Origin: an uncultured Rhodospirillales bacterium
GTDB taxonomy: Bacteria; Pseudomonadota; Alphaproteobacteria; Acetobacterales; Acetobacteraceae
NCBI GenBank assembly: GCA_903844135.1
Contig: CAIMSN010000041.1
Span: 1,895 to 65,894 of the forward strand
Reading direction: 5' to 3'
DNA: 64,000 bases
The number at the start of each line of letters is the position of its first letter. Within the stretch, counting starts at the first letter, position 1. Made by a program: the position numbers and the translations under genes. Below, in pieces: positions 26,436 through 36,492 of the stretch. The notes beneath the pieces are model-generated. The model was not told the origin of the DNA. It ran no database searches and was given only the letters and a program-made list of their open reading frames with translations.

Positions 26436-28546
26436 CCGATCAGCCGGCTCCGCCCGTCGCCCGCCGCGAGGACAGGCGGATCGAACAGCACGGCGTGGTG
26501 CGGATCGATCCCTACGCCTGGATGAAGGACGAGAACTGGCAGGCGGTGCTGCGCGACCCGTCGGCGCTGCGCGGCGACATCGCCACCCATCTCCGTGCGG
26601 AGAACCTCTATGCCGAGACCCTGCTGACGCCGACCAGGGCGCTGCAGGACGCGATCCTGGCAGAGATGAAGGGGCGGCTGAAACAGGACGAGATGTCCGC
26701 GCCGGTGCCGGACGGCCCGTTCGAGTATTACGCGCGCTACGAGCCGGGCGCGCAGCATCCGGTGCATGCCAGGCGGACGCGCGGCGGCGGCGGCGAGGAG
26801 ATCCTGCTGGACGTGCAGAAGCTCTCAGAGGGCAAGGACTATTACGTGGTCGCCGGCGCGCAGCATGCGCCGAATCACGATCTCCATGCCTATGCCGAGG
26901 ATTCTCAGGGCTCCGAGGTGTATCGCATCCAGGTCAGGGATCTTGCCACCGGTGAGACGCTGGCCGATCCGGTGGACAGCTCGACCGGCGATTTCGCGTT
27001 CTCGCCCGCCGGGGACTGGTTGTTCTGGACCTGGCGCGACGAGAACGGCCGCCCCGCGAAAATCTATCGCCGACCGTCGCGCGGCGGCGCCGACACGCTG
27101 GTCTACGAAGAGCGCGATCCCGGCTTCTTCATCGGCGTCTCGCTCAGCGCGTCGCGCGGCTGGATCATGATCACCGCCGGCGACCAGGAAACCAGCGAGA
27201 CGCTGCTGATCCCGGGCGACGATCCGACCGCTGCACCTTTCGTGGCGGCGCCCCGTTCGAAGGGCGAGCGATACGAGCTCATACCCTGGCGCGACCGGTT
27301 CGTGATCCACACCAACCACGGCGGCGCGATCGATTTCACGCTGATGCAGGCGCCGCTGGACAATCCGGACCGCGCCGCCTGGCGCACGCTGGTGCCGCAC
27401 CAGGCCGGGCATTTCATCATCGGCGCGACCGTGTTCTCGGGTCATCTGGTGTGGATCGAACGCAAGGACGTCAACAACCGGATCCTCGTGATCCGCTTCG
27501 CCGATGCCGACGCCGCCGATCTGCGCGCCGTCGCCCACGCGATCGCGGTGCCGGAGGAAGCCTACCTTCTCTCGCTCGACGGCTCGTACGAATACGACAC
27601 CGCCACGCTGCGCTACGGCTACCAGTCGCCCACCACGCCGCGCCGCTGGTACGAGTTCGATATGGCGACCGGCGAGACGATCCTGCGCAAGACCCAGGAG
27701 ATCCCGTCCGGTCACGATCCGTCGCTGTACGTGACGCGCCGGCTCGAAGCGCGGGCGCCGGACGGGGCGATGGTGCCGATCACGCTGCTGATGCGGCGCG
27801 ACACGCCGGTCGACGGCAGCGCGCCGCTTCTGCTCTACGGCTACGGCTCCTACGGCCATGCGATCGAAGCCAGCTTCTCGACCCGCGCGCTGAGCCTGGT
27901 CGACCGCGGCTGGATCCATGCCGTCGCCCACGTGCGCGGCGGCTCCGAGAAAGGCTGGGGCTGGTTCCTCGATGGACGCGGGCCGGCCAAGCCGAACAGC
28001 TTCTCCGATTTCGTCGCCTGCGCGCGACATCTGATCGAGACCGGCTACACCGCCAGCGGCCGGATCGTGGCGCATGGCGCATCCGCGGGAGGGCTGCTGA
28101 TGGGCGGGGTCGCCAACCTGGCCCCGGAACTGTTCGCCGGCATCGTCGCGCAGGTGCCGTTCGTGGACATGCTCAACACCATGTCGGACCTCTCCCTGCC
28201 GCTGACGCCGCCGGAATGGCCGGAATGGGGCAATCCGATCGAAGACGAGGCCGCCTATCGTCTGATCGCCAGCTATTCGCCGTACGACAATCTGGCACCC
28301 CGGCCATACCCGGCGATCCTGGCGATGGGCGGGCTGTCCGATCCACGCGTCACCTACTGGGAACCGGCGAAATGGGCCGCCCGGCTGCGCGACGTCACCA
28401 CGAGCGGTCGTCCGGTTTTGTGCAGGATCAACATGGAGGCCGGCCATGGCGGCGCATCGGGACGCTTCGACAGCCTGAAGGAAGCGGCCCTGGTGCAGGC
28501 CTTCGCGATCTGGTGCATCGAGGGCACCGACGGCCTCACCCCTTGA
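26432..28546 (+). CDS. ptrB: S9 family peptidase, oligopeptidase B (protease II)-like
   Basis: 704 aa. The N-terminus PPVARRE..HGVVRIDPYAWMKD...HLRAENLYAE is typical of PtrB. The catalytic region is GASAGGLLMG. ATGA overlap with the DUF488 gene. Confidence 0.8.
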   Translation: MTDQPAPPVARREDRRIEQHGVVRIDPYAWMKDENWQAVLRDPSALRGDIATHLRAENLYAETLLTPTRALQDAILAEMKGRLKQDEMSAPVPDGPFEYYARYEPGAQHPVHARRTRGGGGEEILLDVQKLSEGKDYYVVAGAQHAPNHDLHAYAEDSQGSEVYRIQVRDLATGETLADPVDSSTGDFAFSPAGDWLFWTWRDENGRPAKIYRRPSRGGADTLVYEERDPGFFIGVSLSASRGWIMITAGDQETSETLLIPGDDPTAAPFVAAPRSKGERYELIPWRDRFVIHTNHGGAIDFTLMQAPLDNPDRAAWRTLVPHQAGHFIIGATVFSGHLVWIERKDVNNRILVIRFADADAADLRAVAHAIAVPEEAYLLSLDGSYEYDTATLRYGYQSPTTPRRWYEFDMATGETILRKTQEIPSGHDPSLYVTRRLEARAPDGAMVPITLLMRRDTPVDGSAPLLLYGYGSYGHAIEASFSTRALSLVDRGWIHAVAHVRGGSEKGWGWFLDGRGPAKPNSFSDFVACARHLIETGYTASGRIVAHGASAGGLLMGGVANLAPELFAGIVAQVPFVDMLNTMSDLSLPLTPPEWPEWGNPIEDEAAYRLIASYSPYDNLAPRPYPAILAMGGLSDPRVTYWEPAKWAARLRDVTTSGRPVLCRINMEAGHGGASGRFDSLKEAALVQAFAIWCIEGTDGLTP

Positions 28547-29711
28547 ACGGAACCGATCCGAAAATCAGCTTGAACGCACGCACCAGGTCGATGTCGAGCT
28601 TGCCGTGCATCTCGTCGAGCAGCACGAAGGCCTCGGCGACCGGCAGGCTGGGCTTGTAGGAGCGTCGCTCGATCAGGGCGGCGAACACGTCACAGATCGT
28701 GGCGATGCGCACGGGATCGACGATCTGCGCGGCACGCAGCCGGTCCGGGTAGCCGCTGCCGTCGAGATATTCGTGATGGTGCCGGACGATGTCGAGAATT
28801 TCCGGATGATGCCCGCCCTGGGCCACGAGCAGTTCGTGGCCGTACGCCGCATGTCCGCGGAAGATGGCCCGCTCGTCCTCGGTCAGGGGGCCGGCCTTGT
28901 CGATGATCTCGGCTGGAATCAGCGCCTTGCCGATGTCGTGCAGGATGGCGGCGCTGGTCAGGCGCTGACAGTCCGGCGCCGGGAGGCCGAGCTGCAGCAC
29001 GAACGACGCCATCACGCCGGACATCAGCAGGCAATGGCGGTAGGTCTGGTCGTGGATCAGGCCGACCGCCGCCATCCAGCGGCCGATGCCGTCATTGTCG
29101 AGAACCCTCAGCATCAACTGTGCCGCCTGCTCGGAGAGCTGGCCGTCGACCCGCAAGCCGTCGCTGGCCGCGCGCATCAGGTCGGCCAGGACGAAGCCGA
29201 CATCCCGCACCCCGGCGCGCATCGCCTCCTGCTGCGCTTCCCGTCGCTGCGTGGTCGGCGAGGCGACCAGGGTGCGCAGGGCTGCGGCGATCACCCGCGA
29301 CGGCGCGGCGGACGCCAGGACCATGGTCGCGCCGATCGCCCGGGCCCGGACCTCGTCATGCAGCGTCGGCGACTCCAGCAGGCACAGCAACGGGATCGAT
29401 GCGGCGACGAAAGGATGCACGTGATCCTGCAGGGACCGGACCGAAGCGTCCTGGCCGAGGCTTCCCACCAGGATCACCACCGCGTCCGGCGGCTTATGCC
29501 CGATCGCGGTCACGCCGAAGCCCCGGGACGTGACGTCGCAGAGCAGCCCCAGGGCCAAGGCCCGGACCAGCGCGCTGCCCCGCGCCTCGTCCGCCGCGAT
29601 CACCAGCACCTGTCTGGTGGCCATCGACCCAGGCTGCGGAGTCCGCGCCAGCGCCGAAAAGGCTGGCTGCGAACGCAAGCGGTCGGCCGGTACAGACAGG
29701 CGCTGCGCCAT
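28536..29711 (-). CDS. HD-GYP domain phosphodiesterase with an N-terminal receiver-like domain
   Basis: HDIGKALIP...GHAAYGHELL...HHHEYLDGSGYPDRL (the HD and GYP motifs). The N-terminal part resembles a CheY-like fold. Start is ATG 29711 or 29624. Confidence 0.75.
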   Translation of the reverse strand: MAQRLSVPADRLRSQPAFSALARTPQPGSMATRQVLVIAADEARGSALVRALALGLLCDVTSRGFGVTAIGHKPPDAVVILVGSLGQDASVRSLQDHVHPFVAASIPLLCLLESPTLHDEVRARAIGATMVLASAAPSRVIAAALRTLVASPTTQRREAQQEAMRAGVRDVGFVLADLMRAASDGLRVDGQLSEQAAQLMLRVLDNDGIGRWMAAVGLIHDQTYRHCLLMSGVMASFVLQLGLPAPDCQRLTSAAILHDIGKALIPAEIIDKAGPLTEDERAIFRGHAAYGHELLVAQGGHHPEILDIVRHHHEYLDGSGYPDRLRAAQIVDPVRIATICDVFAALIERRSYKPSLPVAEAFVLLDEMHGKLDIDLVRAFKLIFGSVPFKG

Positions 29712-29879
29712 CAGGACAGACGGCTTTTCTCGACAACGCTGACGCGACGCGACGGCACGGTCATGGGATGCGGTTCCGGATGGAGAGCGCGCCCGGCACC
29801 CGGGTCGCGAAGCCACATCCTGGGACGCAATGGTGAACGGTTGCTTAATCCAGCCTGCCGCCGTCGGCGCAGGCCCGGC

Positions 29880-30488
29880 TCACGCGGCCTTGCGGACTTC
29901 CAGTTCGCAGGCCAGCAGGAATTCCAGCGCCTCGAGATTGGCGATCGCCTGCTCGGCATCGCGACCCCAGACGTACACCCCATGGCCGCGCAGGACGTAA
30001 CCGGGAATGCCCCCGGACAGGCGCGGGCCGACGATCCGCGCCAGCCGGTCCATGTCCTGGTCGTTGTCGAACAGCGGCAAGGCCAGGCTCGCCTCGTGGG
30101 TCGTCTGGCCCTCGAACGCCTTGAGCATCTCGTAGCCGGACAGCGCGATCGCATCGCCGGGCACCAGCCGCGACAGCACCGTCGCCGGCACCGAATGGCC
30201 GTGCAGCACCGCGTTCGCTCCCGGAATCTCGCGATAGATCTGGCAATGCAGCTTGGTCTCGGCGCTCGGACGGTCGCCCTCGGTCAGCACCCTCGCCTGC
30301 AGGTCGACCCGGATCACGCTGTCGCGATCCAGGAACCCCTTGCGGCCACCGCTCCTGGTGATCGCGATCTCGCCGGACTCCAGACGGAGGCTGATATTGC
30401 CGCCGAGCGACGGCACCCAGCCGAAATGATCCATCCGCCGGCCCAGGGCGACGATCTGATCGGCGGCGGCGGCGAGCGTCGCATGCAT
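29880..30488 (-). CDS. mtnB: class II aldolase/adducin family protein, methylthioribulose-1-phosphate dehydratase-like
   Basis: 202 aa. Contains GNISLRL...ITRSG..K..L, SAETKLHCQIY, VLHGHS and GHGVYVWG. Confidence 0.6.
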   Translation of the reverse strand: MHATLAAAADQIVALGRRMDHFGWVPSLGGNISLRLESGEIAITRSGGRKGFLDRDSVIRVDLQARVLTEGDRPSAETKLHCQIYREIPGANAVLHGHSVPATVLSRLVPGDAIALSGYEMLKAFEGQTTHEASLALPLFDNDQDMDRLARIVGPRLSGGIPGYVLRGHGVYVWGRDAEQAIANLEALEFLLACELEVRKAA

Positions 30489-30580
30489 GGGCTGTTCCTG
30501 TCCGGTGGAGCGTGGCGGCGGGAGGTGACAGCAACCGCGGCCGGGCACAATCGATTTTGCTGCAACAGAGCCATCCTGTC

Positions 30581-31018
30581 TCAGAGACTCTTGCGCATCA
30601 GGCGATGCGGCAGGGTGACCTCCCGATAGACCGGCCCCTCGGCAGCGTAACCGAGGCGCTCGTAGAAACCGATCGCGGTCTCGCGGGCGGAGAGCCGCAC
30701 GGCGCGCGCGCCGGCATCGCGCAGGACGCCTTCGCCGTGCAGGACCAGCCTCCTGCCGAACCCCTGCCCGGACCAGGCCGGCGCGACCGCCATCTGCCTC
30801 AGCTTCGCGATGCCCGACCGATCCGGCAGCAGCAGCAGCAGCGTGCCGGCCAGCGCGCCCTCGACCCGCAGCGCCAGATGGACCTGCGTGCACTCCTCGG
30901 CGAGTTGCGCCTCGCTGTAGGCCAGACCGAGCGGATCGCGCAGCACCCGCGTCCGCAAACCGACCATCTCTCGCCAGCCGGCCGATCCGAACGCTTGCTG
31001 CGCGATCTCGATCCGCAT
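30581..31018 (-). CDS. GNAT family N-acetyltransferase
   Basis: 145 aa. KLRQMAVAPAWSGQGFGRRLV is the acetyl-CoA-binding Q/RxxGxG motif. Confidence 0.75.
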   Translation of the reverse strand: MRIEIAQQAFGSAGWREMVGLRTRVLRDPLGLAYSEAQLAEECTQVHLALRVEGALAGTLLLLLPDRSGIAKLRQMAVAPAWSGQGFGRRLVLHGEGVLRDAGARAVRLSARETAIGFYERLGYAAEGPVYREVTLPHRLMRKSL

Positions 31019-31020
31019 AA

Positions 31021-32652
31021 TCAGCCCGCCGGTCCGCGACGACAGTGCCCGCGCGCCGTACCGGCCGGACGCAAATCCAGATCCTGCACGTCGAAGCTCA
31101 TGTCCGACCCGAGCAGACGCATCGACGCCCCGGCGATCCTGCCGTTCGCGCCGCGACGGAACTGCAGGAACGCGTCGTCCTCGCCATTGAACAGCCGGTC
31201 GTCCCAGTGCACCACGAACAGGTCGTGCGGCAGCGCCTGCAGCGTGCCGGCCAGATCGTCGGCGCGCGCGACCGACAGGCGCAACCGGTCGCCACGACGC
31301 ACGACGCGGAACACACCGCGCCAGCAATCGCGATAGCGCCCGACATAGGCGTCGAGACGTGCCGGTGCCGGATACAGGAACGGTCGCGCCGGCGTGCCCG
31401 GCAGCGACGCAGCGAGCCTGTCCCGGCGCGCGGCCGCCGCATCCTGACGCGCCTTATAGATCGCCAGCCAGTCGACCGGCGTCCCTCCTGGCGGACCGAT
31501 CAGCGCCTGGCTGAGCGCGGCGACCAGCCCGTTGCTGGCATTGCCGTTCTCCTGGTTGGTCAGCACCACGATCCCGGCATCCTGTTCCGGCAGCAGCGAC
31601 ACCATCCCGACCATGCCCGCGACCGAGCCGCTGTGCCAGATCCGCGCGACGCCGTCGAAATCCTCCAGGAACCAGCCCATCGCGTAATCGCGGAAATGCT
31701 GATGGCTCAGAGCGGCGGTCTCGGCGGTCGGCAGGGTGGTCTGCGGCGACCAGAGCGCATCGCGCTGCGCCCGGTTCAGCACATGCACGCCGTCGATGGT
31801 CCCGCCTGCCAGCAGCATCGCCGCCCAGCGCGACAGATCCGCGGCGCTGCACAGGATCCCGCCGGCCGGCGCCGCGGCCACCAGCGGATCGGGCGGCAAC
31901 GGCATCAGGGCGCTGCCGATCTCGGTGTAGCCGATCGCGACATCGCCCGCGGATGCGGCCTCGTTGAGAAACGCGGCCGCATCGGCATGGCAATCCGTCA
32001 TGCCGAGCGGGTCGATCAGGCGGCTCTGCACGAAGCGCTCCCAGCTCTCCCCGGAGGCGGCCTCGACGAGCCGACCGGCGACCACGAACATGAGGTTGTT
32101 GTAGGCGAAGCCGGACCGCGGGCGAGTGCGCAGCGTCAGGAACCGGGCGCCCCTGATCGCGTCCGCGCGGGTGAACCGGCTGCGCGAGAACAGCATCAGG
32201 TCGCCGGCGCCGGCGCCCAGGCCGCTGCGATGCGTGACCAGGTCGCGCACGGTCAGTTCCCGGGTGGCGACCGGATCGGACAGCCGGAACTGCGGCAGAT
32301 GCGCGACCACCGGATCGTCCCAGCCGAGCTTGCCCTCCTGCACCAGCAGCGCCAGCGCCGCGGTGGTGAAGGATTTGCTGATGGAGCCGATACCGAAGAC
32401 GGTGCGCGGATCGACCGGAAGCGACCTGGCGCGATCGCGCTGCCCGTAGCCTTTGGCAAACACCAGCCTGCCATGCTGGACGATCGCCAGCGATAGGCCC
32501 GGCACGTCGAACAGCAGACGGGCGCGCTCGGCGAGCGCGTCGATGGTGTCGGCCGGCGGCAGCATCGCCGCCGGGGCGGCGGGGGCGGCCGGGGCGCACG
32601 CGAGGACCGTCGCCACCGTCAGCAGACGCAAGGCCAGGATCAGGGCGCGCAT
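31021..32652 (-). CDS. serine hydrolase (beta-lactamase/transpeptidase-like family), secreted
   Basis: Signal peptide, SISKSFT (the SxxK motif) and a YNN-like region (FAYNNLMF). There is a long C-terminal extension. Confidence 0.8.
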   Translation of the reverse strand: MRALILALRLLTVATVLACAPAAPAAPAAMLPPADTIDALAERARLLFDVPGLSLAIVQHGRLVFAKGYGQRDRARSLPVDPRTVFGIGSISKSFTTAALALLVQEGKLGWDDPVVAHLPQFRLSDPVATRELTVRDLVTHRSGLGAGAGDLMLFSRSRFTRADAIRGARFLTLRTRPRSGFAYNNLMFVVAGRLVEAASGESWERFVQSRLIDPLGMTDCHADAAAFLNEAASAGDVAIGYTEIGSALMPLPPDPLVAAAPAGGILCSAADLSRWAAMLLAGGTIDGVHVLNRAQRDALWSPQTTLPTAETAALSHQHFRDYAMGWFLEDFDGVARIWHSGSVAGMVGMVSLLPEQDAGIVVLTNQENGNASNGLVAALSQALIGPPGGTPVDWLAIYKARQDAAAARRDRLAASLPGTPARPFLYPAPARLDAYVGRYRDCWRGVFRVVRRGDRLRLSVARADDLAGTLQALPHDLFVVHWDDRLFNGEDDAFLQFRRGANGRIAGASMRLLGSDMSFDVQDLDLRPAGTARGHCRRGPAG

Positions 32653-32671
32653 GGTGATCAGGAGGGGGCGA

Positions 32672-33229
32672 TCAGGGGCGGATCATCGCAGCATGCCGGA
32701 AACACGCGGCTTCATGGTCGTCGACGATGCCGACCGCCTGCATCCAGGCATGCACGATGGTCGGGCCGACGAAGCTGAAACCGCGCTGCCTGAGCGCCCT
32801 GGAGATCGTCTCGGAGAGCGGGGTCGAGGCGAGCAGGGTATGGCCGTCGCCGCGGATCGTCTCGCCGTGCGTGAAGCCCCAGCAGAACGCAGCGAAATCC
32901 TCGCCTCGCTCGGTCATGTCGCAATAGAGTGCCGCCGCCTTGATGGTGGCGGCGATCTTGGCGCGGGAGCGGATGATGCCGGGATTGCCGAGCAGCCGCT
33001 CGACATCCGTCGCGGTGAAGCGGGCCACCCGCTCCGGCGCGAAGCCGGCGAACGCCACGCGGAACGCCGCGCGCTTGCGCAGCACGGTGATCCAGGACAG
33101 CCCGGCCTGGAACCCCTCCAGCACGAGCTGCTCCCAGAGCGCGCGTGGATCGCGCACCGCAACGCCCCATTCCTCGTCGTGATAGGCGCGCAGCATCGGG
33201 TCGTCGCCGACCCAGCGGCAGCGCTCCAT
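32672..33229 (-). CDS. tag: DNA-3-methyladenine glycosylase I
   Basis: RCRWVGDDPMLRAYHDEEWGV..., LEGFQAGLSWITVLRKR and FVGPTIVHAWMQAVGIVDDH. Confidence 0.9.
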   Translation of the reverse strand: MERCRWVGDDPMLRAYHDEEWGVAVRDPRALWEQLVLEGFQAGLSWITVLRKRAAFRVAFAGFAPERVARFTATDVERLLGNPGIIRSRAKIAATIKAAALYCDMTERGEDFAAFCWGFTHGETIRGDGHTLLASTPLSETISRALRQRGFSFVGPTIVHAWMQAVGIVDDHEAACFRHAAMIRP

Positions 33230-33242
33230 CCCGCGCGACCCG

Positions 33243-34124
33243 TCAGACCTTCACGGTGGAGGCGCGATAGATCTCGTCGACCACCTTGGCCAGGGTCGCA
33301 TCGAACGCCGCATCGCTCATGCCATGGCGCAGCTCGTCGATCAGGGCGCGCGAGAAGCTCGCGATCATGCCGTGATTGTGCGACAGGCGCTCGCACGCCT
33401 CGGCGCGCGGATAGCCGCCGGACAGGGCGACCACGCGCGCCACGCGCGGGTGCATCACCAGCGGCTGATACAGGTCGGCGATCTCCGGAATGGTGAGCTT
33501 GAGCATGACCCGGCGTCCGTCGGGCAGGGCCTCGAGCTGCTTGGTCAGCTCGGAGAGCAGGATCGCCTCGGCGGCCGCCTTGTCCGGACTCTTGATCAGC
33601 ACCTCCGGCTCGATGATCGGCATCAGCCCATGCCGGGCGATCCGGTCGGCGACCTCGAACTGCTGCCTGGCGATCGCGGCGATACCGTCCTTGGACGGCA
33701 GGTTGATCACCGAGCGCATCTTGGTGCCGAACACGCCGAGCTTCACCGCGCGCTCCAGCAGGGCGTCGAGCCCGGGCATCGGCTTCATCAGGCTGACGCC
33801 GTCCTCCTCCGGCAGCAGCCCCTTGTCCATCTTGAGGTAGGGAACGACGCCGCGATCCTCCCAGAGATAGGCCGGAACCGACTTGCCGTTCACGTCGCCG
33901 TCCATCGTCGCCTCGAACAGGATGGCGCCGATCACCTTCTCGCCGGTGAAGGAGGGCGAGGTCATGATCCGGACCCGCATCGCATGCACCAGGGCGAACA
34001 TCTCCGCCTCGCCGGCATAGGCGGTCTCCGGAATGCCGTACTGACGCAGCGCGCCCGGGGTCGAGCCGCCGCTCTGGTCGAGGGCGGCGATGAAGCCGGC
34101 GCCTTCGGTGGCCTGCGCCATCAT
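33243..34124 (-). CDS. class I fructose-bisphosphate aldolase
   Basis: GFIAALDQSGGSTPGALRQYGI... and MRSVINL are typical of the bacterial class I FBA family. Start at the ATG pair at 34124. Confidence 0.85.
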   Translation of the reverse strand: MMAQATEGAGFIAALDQSGGSTPGALRQYGIPETAYAGEAEMFALVHAMRVRIMTSPSFTGEKVIGAILFEATMDGDVNGKSVPAYLWEDRGVVPYLKMDKGLLPEEDGVSLMKPMPGLDALLERAVKLGVFGTKMRSVINLPSKDGIAAIARQQFEVADRIARHGLMPIIEPEVLIKSPDKAAAEAILLSELTKQLEALPDGRRVMLKLTIPEIADLYQPLVMHPRVARVVALSGGYPRAEACERLSHNHGMIASFSRALIDELRHGMSDAAFDATLAKVVDEIYRASTVKV

Positions 34125-34267
34125 TTTGTCGTTGGACAATGATCGTCTCCCTGTGTTCCGGGCCGCCGCCGAACCGGAATGGACCCGACCGAAACATACA
34201 AGCTCCGGCCAAGTTTGACACCGGCCGTCGGGATGCCCGCCACCCGGCGGCACCAGCCTCTATGGCG

Positions 34268-35632
34268 TCAGACCGGCACCACCAGCGACAGCAGCAGCGT
34301 GAAGCCGAGGCCGAGCACGGCGATCAGCGTCTCCAGCACCGACCAGCTCTTGATCGTCTGCGGCACGGTGAGGCCGAGATATTCCTTGACCTGCCAGAAG
34401 CCGGCATCGTTCAGCGGCCCGAACGCCACCGAGCCGGCGCCGGTCGCCAGCACCAGCAGCTCCGGCGACGCGCCGTGGCCATGCAGCACGATCGGGCCGA
34501 CGATGCCCGCCGCGGTGCTCATCGCCACCGTCGAGGAGCCGGCGGCGAGCCGCATGATCACCGCCAGCAGCCAGGCGAGCACGATCAGCGGCACGTGCGC
34601 GCCGATCGCGAGATCGGTGATCGCCTTCGACACGCCGCTATCCACCAGCACCCGCCCGAAACCGCCGCCGGCGCCGATCAGCACCAGGATCACCGCGGTC
34701 GGGCCGAGGCATTCGTTGGTGAAGCGCAGGATGGTCTCGCGCGAGAAGCCGCGCGCCACCCCGAGCACATAGAAGGACAGGATCACCGCCAGCATGAGCG
34801 CGACGTCGGTATTGCCGGCGAAATGCAGCGCCAGGTTGGCCGTACCCCCCGCCGGCGCGATCCGGTCGGCCCAGGAGCCGAGCAGCATCAGCAGCATCGG
34901 CAGCAGGATGGTCGCCACCGTGATGCCGAAGCCCGGCAGGGTCTCCGGCGGCTTGGCGGCGACGAACTGGCTCTCCAGCGAGGCGCCGGAGATCGGCCCG
35001 AGCCGCGGCACGACGAAGCTGGCGAACACCGGCCCGGCCAGGACCGCGATCGGCACTCCGACGATCACCCCGTAGAGGATCGTCAGCCCGATATCGGCGT
35101 GATAGGCCTGCTGCGCCAGCAGCGCGGCCGGATGCGGCGGCAGCATGCCATGCACCACCGACAGGCTGGCGGCCATCGGCAGGGCCAGCATCAGCATCGG
35201 CTGGCCGGTGCGCCTGGCCAGGGTGAACACGATCGGGATCAGCAGCACGAAGCCGACCTCGAAGAACACCGGCAGCCCGACCAGGAAGCCGATCAGCATC
35301 ATCGCCCAATGTCCGCGCCGCGGCCCGAACAGCCCGGTCACGGTCAGGGCGATCCGGTCGGCGCCGCCGGATTCGGCCAGCATCTTGCCGAGCATGGTGC
35401 CGAGCGCGATGACGATGGCGATATGACCCAGCACGTGGCCGGCGCCGTTCTCGAACGACGCCACCACCTTGTCCGCCGGCATCCCGGCGACCAGCGCCAG
35501 CAGCAGCGACACCGCCATCAGCACCAGGAACGGGTTGAGCCGGAGGCGTGCGATCAGCACGATCACGGCGACGATGGCGGAGATGGCGAGGATCACGGCG
35601 AACAGGGCGGACATGCGCGGAAGCTGCGCCAC
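34268..35632 (-). CDS. GntP family (gluconate/sugar-acid:H+) permease
   Basis: About 450 aa, polytopic. Contains NPFLVLMAVSLLLALVAGMP...FENGAG..LGHIAIVIALGTMLGKML, the GntP signature. Start is 35632 or 35614. Confidence 0.8.
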   Translation of the reverse strand: MAQLPRMSALFAVILAISAIVAVIVLIARLRLNPFLVLMAVSLLLALVAGMPADKVVASFENGAGHVLGHIAIVIALGTMLGKMLAESGGADRIALTVTGLFGPRRGHWAMMLIGFLVGLPVFFEVGFVLLIPIVFTLARRTGQPMLMLALPMAASLSVVHGMLPPHPAALLAQQAYHADIGLTILYGVIVGVPIAVLAGPVFASFVVPRLGPISGASLESQFVAAKPPETLPGFGITVATILLPMLLMLLGSWADRIAPAGGTANLALHFAGNTDVALMLAVILSFYVLGVARGFSRETILRFTNECLGPTAVILVLIGAGGGFGRVLVDSGVSKAITDLAIGAHVPLIVLAWLLAVIMRLAAGSSTVAMSTAAGIVGPIVLHGHGASPELLVLATGAGSVAFGPLNDAGFWQVKEYLGLTVPQTIKSWSVLETLIAVLGLGFTLLLSLVVPV

Positions 35633-35694
35633 CCGATGACGAAGTCAAGCCGCCGGTCGAAACGACGGTTCGATCCGTGCGCAGCGCGTCGACG

Positions 35695-36471
35695 TCACCG
35701 CAGTGTCAGGCCGCCGTCGATGGTCATGATCTCGCCGGTCGTGAAGCTCGCCGCGTCGGACGCCAGATACACGACGGCGCCCACCAGCTCCTCGGGTTCG
35801 CCGATACGGTTCTGGACCGCCCCCCTTGCCCAATGGTCCCTGACCACCTCGGGATGCTCGCGCAGCACCTCCTCGGTGAGCTCGGTGCGGATGTAACCGG
35901 GCGCCACCGCATTGACGCGGATATTGTGCTCGGCCCACTCTGTCGCGAGCCCCTTGGTCAGCATATGCACGCCGGCCTTCGAGACGTTGTAAGCGGTGTG
36001 GCGGAACGGCCAGTTCACGATCAGGCCCGACATCGAACCGACCGTGACGATGCTGCCACGACGCTGCCGGATCATGTGCGCACCCGCCGCGCGACACATG
36101 AGGAAGACGCCGTCCAGATTGACCGCCATCGTCGAACGCCAGTCGGCGAGGGTGAAATCGTCGATCGGACCGGGACGGATGATGCCGGCGTTGTTGACCA
36201 GGATATCGACCTTGCCGAATGCGGCGACGGTCTCCTCGACCAGGCGCGTCGCGTCGGCTTCGCTCGACACGTCGGCCTGCACCGCGAGCGCTCGTCCGCC
36301 CATCGCCGCGATCTCGCCCACCACCGCGTGCGCGCGCGATGCTGTGACCTGGTAGTTCACGACGATCGCGGCGCCGTGTTCGGCGAGACCGAGCGCCAGA
36401 GCCCGGCCGATGCCGCGCGACCCGCCGGTCACGATCGCGACCCTGCCAGCCAGATCGAAGCGTTTCGTCAT
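35695..36471 (-). CDS. SDR family oxidoreductase
   Basis: VAIVTGGSRGIG (TGxxxGxG), NNAG and the YxxxK region YNVSKAG. Confidence 0.85.
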   Translation of the reverse strand: MTKRFDLAGRVAIVTGGSRGIGRALALGLAEHGAAIVVNYQVTASRAHAVVGEIAAMGGRALAVQADVSSEADATRLVEETVAAFGKVDILVNNAGIIRPGPIDDFTLADWRSTMAVNLDGVFLMCRAAGAHMIRQRRGSIVTVGSMSGLIVNWPFRHTAYNVSKAGVHMLTKGLATEWAEHNIRVNAVAPGYIRTELTEEVLREHPEVVRDHWARGAVQNRIGEPEELVGAVVYLASDAASFTTGEIMTIDGGLTLR

Positions 36472-36492
36472 GTCGAAGCCCCCTGGACCGAG

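Noticed and set aside
30489-30580. Possible SAM-type riboswitch upstream of the MtnB-like gene
   Set aside because: There is only a generic hairpin (GCAGCAA...TTGCTG). I could not match any SAM-II/SAM-V or other riboswitch core from memory. A covariance-model scan would be needed.
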